Positions 35,578 through 48,152 of a DNA stretch of 64,000 bases are shown piece by piece (positions within the stretch are counted from its first letter, which is position 1; the number at the start of each line of letters is the position of its first letter). A model generated the notes under the pieces. The model was given only the letters and a program-made list of their open reading frames with translations, was not told where the DNA came from and did not search any database. Source of the stretch: Klebsormidium nitens (lineage: Eukaryota; Plantae; Klebsormidiophyceae); the NCBI GenBank assembly GCA_000708835.1, contig DF237029.1, forward strand, positions 86,658 through 150,657. The letters are read 5' to 3'. Made by a program: the position numbers and the translations under genes.

Positions 35578-36317
35578 GTTGGACAGCTGGGCGGGGGCCG
35601 CGCCAAAATTTAAGAATCGAGTGCTCGTTGCAGGCAATCCCTGCTTGCAGAAACTGATTCGATACATCCCCGAGGGGCTGTCCTATGTTCTTAGGTAACA
35701 GTAACTTAGGTACCTACCGTATGTGTGCGTGAGGCAGCAGCGTGACTGCCCACCTGGCCCAGGCCCAGGCCAGGGCCAAGGCAGTTGATCAAGAGTGGAT
35801 GAATTTCAGATCGCGGGCAGGGGCGCGGCATTAAAGATCTTGTACATAGGTATCTTAAACTGGGGCTGCTTGCAGTGCTCTCGCCTATGAAACAGTGGGG
35901 TGCCAGCAGCTGCATCATGCAGCATTCTTAATTCCAATCTCTGCTGCAGCGGCTTTGTTGTTGACACCTTCTTTCGTACAGGGAGAAGGTTCTCTTTGCA
36001 AGGCCAACTACCAAGAAAACTTGACTCTCCAACCCTGTGCCCATTCGTGGCAATTGTGCATCTCGAGCCACCTTTGCTCTTTGAGGAAGTTGAGTTCATG
36101 AAATGCAAAAGCGGTGAAGCACTTGGAGGGTTTCCATGAGTTTCCATGGCCACTGGCCGGGCTCTCCAGCTATTTCATCGTACAAGATAAAAGGGAAGAA
36201 GAAAACCCTTGATTGAGAGGGTTTCTGCAGATGTTGAATTGAAAAGCCAGTACTTGAGCATCAACACTTTTGCATTGTGCGCTACTACATTATTCTGGCG
36301 CCCCGCCGAAAAGCACA

Positions 36318-39306
36318 ATGGGAGGGGTGACGTCCAGCATAGCTGCAAAATTTGCGTTCTTCCCCCCGTCACCACCTTCGTACAAGGTCGACAAGGATCC
36401 TGCCACGGGCAAACCGAGGTGTGTTGAAAGCATGTTTGTTTTACGGCTTTAGTTGGGCTGACGTGTGTGCACGGAACTTTCTAGGGTCGTAGTTTCAAGG
36501 TATCTTCTTACGGCCACTTCAGTGGGCAACTTCGGACAGCTTGGTGGCAAGCTGACTCTGTCCTGACCTACTCTACGGTTGATTGAACACAAAACAATCG
36601 AGCTTTCCTATAGACACGATAGCGGGTGCATTGTCTGAGAGTCCTGGCCAAGTCAACATTCATTTGTGCCGTGTCCAAGCTTTGCACAACTGTCTCTGCC
36701 CAGTTCGTTTCTTTTGAAGTGTTTCTTGCCAGCCAACCTCCGGTTTCAAACTTCCTTGAAGTACCTGATTGTATAAGATATTTCAAACTTGCAATTGAGT
36801 TCTTTCTCAACTTCTCAACGAGATACGTGCACAAACCGAATGAGAGGAGTCCCCCAGCAATGTCCGATCAACAAGAGTGTTCACATAAATGTGAGTGTTC
36901 AGGAAGCGGAGAGATATGCACTTCAAAATGGTCGACCATGCGTTGTCCTGCAGATTGTCCCCACTGCCGTTGAAGAAGAACGTGGAGGTGCTGTGGCTGA
37001 AAACCCGCCGAAGAACAGAGATCTGTGCCATGCTGGTCAAGAACCCGTATGCGAGGCTGACACTTCTGTACAGCCATGGGAATGCGGCAGACCTGGGACA
37101 AATGCACGACCTGTATGTTGAGCTCAGTTCGCTTCTGGAGATTAATGTATTGGGGTAAGTGACTGTCGTGCGGCGACATGCATCCTGACTCTCAGTCCCA
37201 TGGTTTTGTCGGATCCCTGCCCTGAGTTCCAGCAATTAAGTACCTGAACTGGAAAGTAGTAGTCAGAGGCACTGACCTGCCCTTCGTTGACAAACGTAAT
37301 CAATGATCGTTTTTTTCTAGTGCTGCTTGGTGCACCCAGGAAAGAAGCCCCTCCTTGGCATCCCCATACAGAAGGGTGCACTTTTTAAAAAGCGAGCTGG
37401 GGTACGTCCCAAGAAGCACGATCCTTCTTCTTCAGACGCTTCGTCCTTTGCAAGTCTGTCATGACGTAACGAGCAACTGCAAACAGTAGGTGTCAGTGTA
37501 GGTAAGCCTTTCCTTGTTCAAGGTGCTCAGAGATGCCTGGTCATCAGCTCTTGCTGAACAACTGGCTTGACTTCACTTCTTGCGATGTATTGCAGGTATG
37601 ATTATTCTGGATACGGCGCAAGTACTGGCAAGGTAGGCACCCTCTCCTTGATCTGGATTCCATTAAAGTTACGTGGCTCCGTTGTTTGTCCACCTGGGAC
37701 GGAGGCCTGTTCCATCCACCTAGAGTTTCTTAGCATTACGATCAGTGTGGCTGCAATTGCACGCTTGCTTATATAGGGCCGCTTCTGCGCCGTCTTATTG
37801 TCTGAGGGAGCTTCGAATGATGACAGGTCTACCCTCTACAGCTTGGCCTCCGCTTCCAATAGACACACTTTTGTGGTTAAATGTGATGTCGAAACTTCCT
37901 TCCGAAGTCGTTCAGCTGGCCTTCACAGTCTGCTCTTTCTTCTTGCAGCCCAGTGAACAGAACACATATGCTGACATTGACGCCGCGTACGACCACTTGG
38001 TGGGGCAACTAGGGGTGCGGGAAGAGGACGTGGTTCTTTACGGACAGTCAGTGGGGAGCGGGCCGACCGTCGATCTCGCTGCTAGGAAGGAGAAGATCCG
38101 GGGCGTCGTGTTGCACAGCCCCATGCTTTCGGGCGTCCGAGTCATGTACCCTGTGAAGCGAACGTACTGGTTTGATATCTTCAAGGTAAGCGAGACGTTG
38201 GAGCGTTTTAGCGAGCGCTTCCTACCCGCTCGCTCAGGCGTGTGATTGCTTCGTTTGCACTTTATTTCTGTGGCACGATCAAGCGGCGTGGGAGTCAAGC
38301 GGCCTGACCTTCTCTTGTGCTTATCCTCGTGTCTCTTCGGTTTGCCGTTGATGGTGGAGCACATTGTCACATTGTCACGTTGTCAATTTGAGACGAGCGT
38401 AGGCTGATGGGTTTATGCTACTGTCACAGCGAATCCATCTCGTCAGCTGGCACGACCCCGTTTAAGCGCGTTTTACAGATGAGTATGACGCGTTCTTGAG
38501 AAGAGACGGGCACGTAAGATGGGACTACCTCCTTCCAGCTAAAGGCCGACTCAATCTTGGGATCGATATCACCCCTTTGCTTGCACTCGTATTCTTTTCT
38601 GGTTCCAGTGATTTCACAAAGTAAGATTCTTGTAAAGTCGTCGCCAAGATAACACTTGGACCGTCGAGTCCTGCTGCAGCTTATACAGGAGATGGTGACA
38701 AGAGCTACATGCGCCTGGAAGGGACACGGACGGTTTAAAATTATGGCTTGACCAGGATCAGCGATTCTAACCTGACTTACCTGATTTGCACTGCTGCATG
38801 CTTCGACAAGTCGCTCAGAGGGACCGCCACTTTGCTCTCAATCAGTTGTGCCTCCTTATACAGAACTGCGAGAAGATCGGGAGCGTCAAGTGTCCAGTCC
38901 TCGTCATGCACGTAAGTTTCCGGCAGAGAAGCGCGAGAAGATTTTGCAACACGATTGGAAATCGTGAATGCTTCGAACTCTTTCACCCTCTGGTTTGCTC
39001 TCGGATTGTCAATTGCAGTGCCTTCCTACCGTTTGTTCTTGGCCAACCAAGTGGTCGCATGCGAGCCCTTCGGACACCTGTGCGAAGTATGACAATGCAG
39101 TCAGGCTCAACCTTCTGGACGGATCGTTGCAGGGCACTGCCGACGAAGTCATAGATGTGTCACACGGCAAGAAACTTGTGGAGATGTGCAAGCGGGCTTA
39201 CGAACCCCTTTTCGTGGAAGGAGGGACGCACTGTGACCTGGAATTCTTCTCGGAGTACATAAATCATCTGCGGAAACTCATTCGACACTTAGAAGAGGAC
39301 AGGTAG
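36318..39306 (+). CDS. ABHD17: Alpha/beta hydrolase domain-containing protein 17-like (probable depalmitoylase)
   Basis: Exons 36318-36418, 36954-37154, 37596-37632, 37949-38185, 38864-38911, 39133-39306. Motifs: [48 protein letters not shown], nucleophile [22 protein letters not shown]. The last exon could splice further at AG|GTAG near 39302. Confidence 0.93.
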
Positions 39307-40382
39307 TTTAGAGAGGATCACCCTTAGCTCAACGCACGCTTAGACAGACCGCAGCAAGAGGAAGTACTGCCATCGGAAGGGATGTAGTTATCTTATGCAC
39401 GTGACAGGCTACTCGAGTTAGTCTTGCCAGAAAAAGTGTCTAGCTCGCATACCGGTATATTCTGGACACACGTTTGTGCCATGTTGACTACCTGCCATTC
39501 TTGAGTGCAAATCATAAGCATGGTGCATCCAGTGTTGTACGCGGTATATCCAACAATTTAGGGCGCTGACTAGACGCCACATGTCTAGCTGCACTTCGAT
39601 CAATGGCACACGGCAGGAACCTTAATGGTCCAACTGCTTTCATAAAGCTTTGTGGAGTAGTGTAACAGTACTTAGATGGGCAAAATATCGGCGCACGCAA
39701 ATGTGTGTACTCAATCTCTGTATGACTGATACGGCAATCCTGTTTAGCTCTGGCTTTCGGTTGTAGCTTGAAAATAAAGATGATGCGTGCTGCATGCTGC
39801 ATACCATTTGAATGCTCGGGCGGCTTGCTTCATGCTGCCATTAACGCGTTGCTTTGCAAACGAAAGCAGCCGTGTATGCTATAGAGCACCATAAGGGTGA
39901 CTGGCGTTTGACCCCATAGTCACTGCATGTATCAGTTTCCAACATGCTGATGTGGCTGGACAAATGATGGCCACCCTGCCAGATCCTCGTGCTGACATAC
40001 TAAGAACAGTATCCTTATTCTACGAATTTCATGGTTTTGACAATATTTGAGGACTCACAGGTCAGTATTCACCACCTTTATGAACGGCTCAATTGCTCAA
40101 CACAAATTACCAGGGCCTTTTGTGCCCTACCTCGAAGTTCACATGCTTAAGTCAACGAATGGCCGGGGCTTCGATCTTCATCCGTTTGCTGCAAGGAACA
40201 AAGTGATGGTATGCTCGTCATGGTCTCAAAGCGCCATAAGATGCAACCCCACTTCCTCAAGACTAAGAAAAGGAGTTTTGAAACAGGGTCGGTCTTGAAA
40301 TCTGGATAAGGCAAGCCAGTGCTCTCTTCAATCAAGGGCGAGTATGGTTGATCCACTACTGTCGACAATGATAAAAGTCTAC

Positions 40383-42232
40383 TTAGCACCTTACCTCTGC
40401 TCCAAATCGTTGGCTTAGATCCAGAGTGCATCCCACTCCTGCATCACTGGCTTTCCGGCGATGATATGCAGGGCTCGCTGCCATGGCTCCAACTGGGCTG
40501 TCAAACTGTGTTTGTGACTTGACGGCCACAAGAGACTTTGCAGCTTCCGGGATGGCCAAAAGCGAAACATACTCTGGGGAGCCCTCATTCGAGTCCTCAG
40601 ATTGCAACCCTGGAATTGAGCTTCTCCTGCTTAGAGCTGACAGATCCGACAACTGTCTGCTGAGCGACTTCTGAAAACTGGAGAATTCAAGGTCACCCTC
40701 AGCAACTTTGCTCTGCGGGGTGCACTCTCCTTCTCTCCACGAGGACGTGCTGCTCTCAGACTCGATTGCCAGTGAAAGGACTGGTTTTGCACCACTGAGG
40801 GGTTTATCTTGAACTTGTGCTAACCCTAACGCAGATGCTTTTGCTGAAGCTTCACTAAGTCTTGCCCTGATCTCCTGTCGTGTCTTTTCGACCTGCAGAG
40901 ATTGCATATTGCTTTGTGCACAGCAGAATGTACAGTAAGCAGCGCAGCAAAACGTACTCACAACGATGTGTATGTGTTTCCTAGGCATCAGCATGACAGA
41001 TCCATCCGAACATGACCCAAGGCATGTTGTCGGTATCTGTATCGATCGAAAAAGAGCAGACTTCCAGATTTGCTGCAGAGATGCTCGAAATCTTTACGTG
41101 TAGGCTGCTATGCCACAATCTTCAAAGAAATCAAGGACCTTGAGAAGCAGATTCAAGGAGGCACAGTGACGAAAGCTCGCTTACCTGGTTGTGTAATTCA
41201 TTCAGACTGGAAGCAAACTCGTCCTGCTCATGCACTTTTGCTTGCAAGTTCTGTAGCTCATGCAAAACCATTTCCTTCTCCTCTACTATTTCGTACTTGT
41301 CAGAGGCACTTGCAAATGACGGTGTCCCACGTCGCTGGAGGACTTCAGTCAGGGCCTTCATCCTCTCACAAGCTGCTGCAGCAGCTGCTTTTGAAGCTGC
41401 AGTCTCAGTCTTGGCAGCAGTGCAATCGTTGGTTGCTTTCACAAGCTCTGACTTCAGCTCCTTGAGCTCTTGCTGCGCCGTTGCCAACTCAGAAGCTATG
41501 GATGTGCATCTGTTTGAGAAGGTGTCTTTGTCCTTCTCTACCTCACCCAACCTGGTTTTGAGCTCTACGACCTGTGTTCTCAATCCAAGTGCCTCCAACT
41601 GCTCCTGCGCCAAATCTGCTTGCAGTGTTGTCACCATTTCTTCCAATCTCAGTGCTTTCAGAATGTAAGCCTCCTCACTCCGTTTTACCTGCAATGCAGC
41701 AAGGCCATAGACTTGCTCCACTTGCTGAATTCGCAACATCTGAAAGTTGGCCAAGGGTAAGGGACATCATGGTTGAAGATCGGAGAGCCCCTCTCAAGAC
41801 ACTTTGGGCATTGGAGGCAGTCCACCACTCCCTTTCTCTAAGTGCTTTTGTTGCATATTTTACAAAAATCTCAAAGGAAGGGACTTCTTGAATAGAGAAG
41901 CAATCAGAGAGTGAAAGACATACCTCCATGAAGCTTCGAATCTGCGTAAGGGGCTTCCTCTCAGGAATTGGACCGTCTGCTTGCACTCCAGCCATGCTTG
42001 ATCGACGGTGCGGTTTTTTGAGGACCTCAGCTGCTTTAGCGGGAGCCATTGGTTGAACATTTGGATCAGATGCTGCCAGCGAAGGCAAAGGCACTTCCTC
42101 TGAGATTGCATGCAAGCCGGTCGCACCACAAGCTGGCTGATGTCTTGAGCGGCTAAGGACGCTCTGCACATCTGCGACACTCTTCCGTCGCCGGGCTGAG
42201 TTTTTAGCCAGATGTTCCGTGCTGGTCTCCAT
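40383..42232 (-). CDS. Uncharacterised coiled-coil protein
   Basis: Probable exons 41924-42232, 41185-41739 and about 40383/40395-40892, with GT-AG junctions in phase 0. Exon 2 is a long heptad-rich helix (LQADLAQEQLEALGLRTQVVELKTRL). Start codon and 3' end are uncertain. Confidence 0.65.
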
Positions 42233-42556
42233 CCAGGTTGACGTCGAAGACAAGCCGCCTCAGGCTGTGCCAGCTTTTCAGGGGATATCTTTGCACCCTT
42301 GGAATGGACTAGGTGGTAGGTAGCATTGCATTGCTGCATTGGCAACCCTTCGGCAACTTTGGCGGCAGGGATAGGTACTTGACCGAGCCGCAGAGGTGCC
42401 CTGCATTTGATTTCAGTTGCCACTAGGACTCGTAGTAGGAGTCTACGACTGTACGAGTCACGACTAGGTAGGTACCCAGTACATACCTACCTAGTACCTA
42501 CTGTCTACAGGTGACATCAGGCTACCTACAGGACCTAATTTTGAAGGGCCAACTTG

Positions 42557-42898
42557 TCACTGTCAGAGTGCGTGGAAGGAGAACGTGGACCAAATTCGCA
42601 CCTTTTGGACCCTACCAAGCTTTAGTACCCTTTCCGCCGCGCGCGGCCCCGGGTCATTGATCACGTCCAGGGTCCGACCTGAACTTAGCCGGTACATTGT
42701 ACCGGTACTGTACCTAGCCTGCGCCGTGCGGGAGGTACCATGAAAGTGCCGGTACCTTGCCGGCCCGATCCCCAAGTCAGTGCCGGTACGGCCGGGAGAA
42801 GCTACATACTAAATTTGCAGTCCAGGGTACAAAACTGTGGGGGGTTTTAAAAAGTCCGAATTTGGTCCACGTTCTCCTTCTACGGGTTCTGTCAGTGA
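42557..42898. mobile_element. Fold-back/MITE-like element with inverted arms of about 75 bp
   Basis: gaaggagaacgtggaccaaattcg from 42575 is the exact reverse complement of cgaatttggtccacgttctccttc ending at 42880. Similarity extends outward to tcactg/cagtga and inward to gtaccc/gggtac. No clean TSD. Confidence 0.65.
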
Positions 42899-44634
42899 AC
42901 TGCAGTGCACGAATTCAAGTCCAACTTTTGAATTTTGAAACTCGAGGGCGGCAAGAACCGTTTGAAGGACGTTCTCACTTTCGAAGATTTGGACCGTGCG
43001 GCGGCGGGCTCTGAGCGACACTGGACGGTTCGATCGCCGTCGATACTCTCCAGGGCTGGAGACGGCCGCCCCCTCTTATTGTGTGGTTATTGAGAGGTCG
43101 ACATTACGAGCCAAGAAATCGAAACGTCGAAAAGAACGAAATGAAGCCCCCAAGGGGGGTGACAAAAGGGGAGGGAAAAGCATTCGCGCGGGCAGCTTTT
43201 GGCTCGAATGGACACGAAAAGCGGAGATATTTGAGTGGATTTTTTGGAAGGGGGGTACCTCTTCGCCGCGTGTCAAAATATCTGACGTCGTTGGGCTCCG
43301 TTGAGCGATCCGTCGTTCCGTCGACTGGCGGCGTCATGTTGCCGTGACGTCCGCAGAAGATCAAGCAATAGCGCCGTCCAAGTAGGTAGGTCGTATTGGT
43401 CCAAATGAAGCTTATTAATCTGACCTAATATAAGCATGTTTTTGTAGATACCTTGGGATGTGTCGTGTGACGTGTCCACACTGCAAACCTGGCCTAGAGG
43501 AAAAGGTGTAGGTAGGTAGGTAGTGGGTACCAAGTTCCAAAAGAGTTACAAAATTGCGTGATTTAATGACAAAACCCTAGGTGAATCGAGAATCGAGATT
43601 CGAGGCGCTATATTCAGAGAGATTGCAGCTCACAAATTAATTGAAGACATTTATTGCCGATTTTACACCTGCCTTTCGGACGGAAATCGTCGGAGCCAAT
43701 CAGATGGAAGGAGAAGGGGAAACGCCGCAGGCTGAACAAACTTTTCATGGGCTTATGTAGAAGGTAGACCGAATTTTCCCTGATTAAACAGAGATATGCA
43801 ATTTCGTGCAGGGGCAATGCCAGAAGAAGAATCGAGTCATTGCTGGAACGCGTAGGTTACAGGTACCTACCTTTGCCTTTGCTTCACTCGCCAAGGTTCT
43901 CGACATGTCGGGCTACGTACCGTACTGCTTTTAAATTTCGGCGAAAAATAAATAATTATTTGGCCTGCTGAAAACTTTAAATAATTATCCAAGAGCGATA
44001 ATGGTCGATAACGGTTCTTTTTAGCAGGTAACGCTAGGTCTGCCGAAAGTTCCAAACGTTTCATAATTAACTATTTTGCGTCGAAGGTGCCGATATTAAA
44101 AAGCAGTACGGTACATGCATTCTAAAATTCCGACCTAGACATTGATGAACCAGCTAGCTCGTGCATGGCAAAGGCTCGAACTTTGTCATCGGCGTATGGG
44201 TAACTTCCGCGAGCTATAACTCTAGTCTGGATGAGCTGGGACGCTTGAGATCAGTCGACCCACAGGGACTGCATGATGATTCCAAACGCCAGTGGAACTC
44301 AAACAGCCAGAGCAGGAATCGCTTTTCGCAGATTCAGCAGGGGGCGTGAGACGTGGCAGCGGGACGTCGGGGCCCACCAATGGCGGCTTCGCAAGTATCT
44401 CTGGATGCCCTCAATACAGGCTGCATCAGAGTAGCAGTCTGCCATTTGTAAAGGCGCTGACAGCAGACCTTAATTTCCTGGGGGACGACACGTTAATCGC
44501 GCACCCGACTGTCGGCCACCTATCAGCATTCGCTGATTGGTGCAGCTGCCAGTTGGGTTTCTTTCGCTTGCACCGTCTCAATTGCGGCGACAAGCTGATG
44601 AAAGCTCTTTAGCAAAACTTTCCCCTTTCTCCTT

Positions 44635-47295
44635 ATGGCGGCAATTTTGTTGGATGTGGGTGGACTTCTGTGCAACGAGGAGGAGCCCGACTCTGACCTG
44701 TATCCGGAGAGTCCAAGCGGCACATCTGAATCCCTGTCAGATGCGTCCACATCGGCACCTTTCCATGTGTCCGCCTGCCAATGTAGCTGGAATTGTCCTC
44801 TCCCCCCTCACCACGGCCTGTGGCCTCGGACCTCTTATGAACCCCAGGCTGACCTAGAGGACTGCAGGGAGTGCATTGAGGTCCTCATTCAGCAGGAACT
44901 CCACCACCTCCCCTCGCCTGACTACTTTCACCGGGTTCAGGACCTGGCAGTCTGTCCAGAACGAAGAGGGGATGCTATCAGGTGGATAATGCAGGTGGGT
45001 TTATGATCTGAATCTGCTGGTGGCAGAGAAGTGAAGGGTCCTGTCCAGCAGGGGTTCCCCTCAGGATTCTATATGCCGATCTACCGACCTCACAAAATGG
45101 TCAAAGAGTTGCAGTTGATTCAAAGGTGCCACCTTTGGCCAGGTTTCGTATTGTGAGACTATAGATAAGGGCCGCGCAGGCTATCAGCAGATCGTTCAGC
45201 CGTAGTTCCCCTTTCTCATTCATTGCATAGAATTCATGGTTGTGGGTACGGTGAAACAATTGCATGTCAAGCCGTGTAGCAATGAGCACTGACATAAGGG
45301 GTTTCCGCACCTGCAGTTGGGTATTTACTTATGTCCAATGGTACAAACCTGACTACAGTTGATGTGGAGATTTGTCAATGTACTAAATGCTGGGCCACAT
45401 TAACAGCAGCAAAAACCCATTGTTGCAAGGCTCCTCCTTTATAAGCAGTCTGGGAAAGACAAGTCACATGAGGGAAAAGGAGTCGATACAGTGTCACTTC
45501 TGTGCTACCTTGCATCCTTTCCTCACATTGCTTGCCTTCTGTCTCAGGTCCGTAGCTGCTTCAATTACAGTCTGCTCACGGCCTCTCTTGCGGTCAACTA
45601 CATGGACAGGTTCCTCTCTGCATACCCCTTGCCGGTGAGAACCAAACCCCATATGCCTTTGCCTGCATTGATGGAAGCCAGGGCCTGATTGATCAGGGAC
45701 CAATGCGCCACCAAAATTTATAAAGTCTCCATTGGCCTCACCTTCTGGCACATGGTATGAGACAAACACATGTGTCAATTGTACTTCTACAACATCATGG
45801 TTTCACAGCTTTTCCATGTTCGTCTGCAGGATGCCGAATGGCCTCTGCAACTCGTTGCTGTGGCCTGCTTGGCAATCGCTGCCAAGATGGAGGAGGTCGA
45901 CACACCCTTTCTTTCTGACATTCAGGTATGCCCTCTCACCCTCTTGCTCCATCAATCCAAGCAACCCCGGTTGTCTTGAATTGGACAAAGTGTAGTAGGT
46001 CAACTTCGTGTTGTCGAAAGGGTTTATGCAACTTGAAGATTAGGAGAAGTCTTGCCCCTGACTGGACCCAATCAGGACGCATCCTTGCCTTTCCAGATCA
46101 TCATTTTGTTCTGCTCCTCTTCGCAATCTGACAAAACGCAATCGTTGTGCAGTCAAAGACACCGTTCTGCATCAAACCAGAGTTGAGCCAGCGTATGGAG
46201 ATCCTGGTTCTGAGCACTCTCAAGTGGCGCGTCCATGGCGTAACCAGCTTCAGTTTTGTCGATCCCTACCTTGCCATCATCGGCGCAGACGGCCCTTTCG
46301 CAGCCGCCCTAAATGCAAGGGTTTCCGAGTTGCTACTCCGGGCTTTGCTTGGTGAGCCCTGCATATGATCCAGTCTATCTGTCTATTTGGCAAGATTTCC
46401 TCTGATTCATCTGATGTCAAGAAGGAGGAGAGATAAGGAGCACTGCGTGGCAGTGCCCACGTTTCTGGCACTGAGAAGTCCAATCATTCTCGCACCTTTC
46501 AGAATCTAATGAGGCCCCGTTCAACCAACTGCATTCCCGCTCCAAGAATGGCCGGAGCGTGATCGCAAATGCCTCATGTTTCGCTAGTCTGCAATGGATA
46601 CAGGTTGTGAGTTCTATTGTGCTTGTGTGCTCTTGCATCGCAGCGGTCACTTTCCTGATCCTAAGTGCTGCTCCTTGCAGATGTGCGATTCCTTGCCATC
46701 CGTCCTTCAATTACAGCGGCTGCTGCTGTGATGCAAGCGCTCCACGAACTACCACGGAGGGATGCGCAGGTCTATCAATCAGCATTGATGAAAACCCTTT
46801 CACCAAGTCCGGTGAGTCCCGCTTCAACTGCCACCTCGTCAGTTGCTCTACTGTTCATAGGCGTTCTTTACATGCTTAAGGTGCTGGTTTCGTGACCAGA
46901 TTGGTTTTTTGCATCATTCTTGCAGTCTAGCAGGCAGAGTTCAATCTGATATACGTAATACAGGTTGGTACAGACGAGAAGGCAAAAGCATAGACTTGAA
47001 AAGACAGACGAGAATGCTGATTGCAATGCTCTTTTTGCAGGCTGTCCTGGAGAGCTGCAGGCTGCTTCTCGCTGAGGTTGCCAACTCGACAATCTACGCT
47101 GCCACCAGCGAGGACTCTGGTCTCACTTGCGTTGCGCAACAAGTTGTTGATCCGTTCCCTAGAAAGCCCGCGCCCTCCAACGTTGGCTGGGCTCAGGCAG
47201 CAAGGGATCCCTCCCAAGCTGTTGCCTCACGCGCGTTGTCTGGGGATGGAGTCAGTCTTTCAGGGAAACGGAAACGGCAGAGTCTTCGTCAATAG
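44635..47295 (+). CDS. CYCD: Plant D-type cyclin (about 375 aa)
   Basis: Exons 44635-44994, 45548-45634, 45830-45925, 46153-46351, 46681-46811, 47041-47295, matching the usual six-exon plant CYCD layout. N-terminal LLCNEE (LxCxE Rb-binding) and cyclin-box motifs RGDAIRWI, LAVNYMDRFL, QLVAVACLAIAAKMEE, QRMEILVLSTLKW. Confidence 0.93.
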
Positions 47296-48152
47296 AAAGC
47301 TTATACTTTAGCATGTATATTACAGGTATCTCGGAGTTGTTAGGTAAAAGTTGTGACACCTTTGTAAGAAGGTCGCATTGCAACACGCAGATGTGGCCTC
47401 GATGAAACTTTAACCTTCTAGATTATCTCGATCTAGATAACAATAGCTTGCTGATTTCGACCAGAGTCAGGTAGGAATCAGCGTTGATAACTGCAGAGGT
47501 CGTGTTTAAAATCATAGCTAGAAGCATCCACTCGAGCAAAACTCTTACAAGAGAAATAATGCATAAAGACTTGAGCAGATGAATGAGTTTTATAGTGCTT
47601 GTTTGTGTATAATGACCTGACAGTTGACAAGTGTTTAAAGTTCATCTGGCCCGACGCCAGAGAGCGGTTGATCTATCTGAAGTCTTTTCAAAGCTCCCAA
47701 GCATGGAAACTTCGAACATTGGGTGATCGACTGGTGTGGCAATCGATACTGATCATTCTTGCTAGGTATTGTTTTGCGATCACATGTGTGTGCCAGATTA
47801 CGTGGCTCGTTGTTTGTCGGACGATGCGTAAAGTTCTAAACACGGCCGCCCATGCATTAAATATATGCCGTGGTCAAATTAACGCACAACCGACGTTGCC
47901 CCACATGCAATGCTGTCTGAGTCTAATTCAGACCTTATGCAAAGCTGATGGATCCGTCGCTAACCATTACATGCAGCTCGCAATAACCTGGGGCTCCCAA
48001 GCCTGGAAAGCACATCCGATGAATTTCTAAACGATGCAGCAATGTGCGGAAGCTTAAGTGCCTTTGTGACGCGTCCCTGATGGGACCCGTCTCCATCTGT
48101 TTGCTGCCTCGAGCTACAGCTAGATCCAATCATCAACCGGCTCTTTCCAACT

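Noticed and set aside
34572-35667. ORFs of more than 300 aa spanning the N gaps (also 54000-55409)
   Set aside because: Artefacts of translating Ns.
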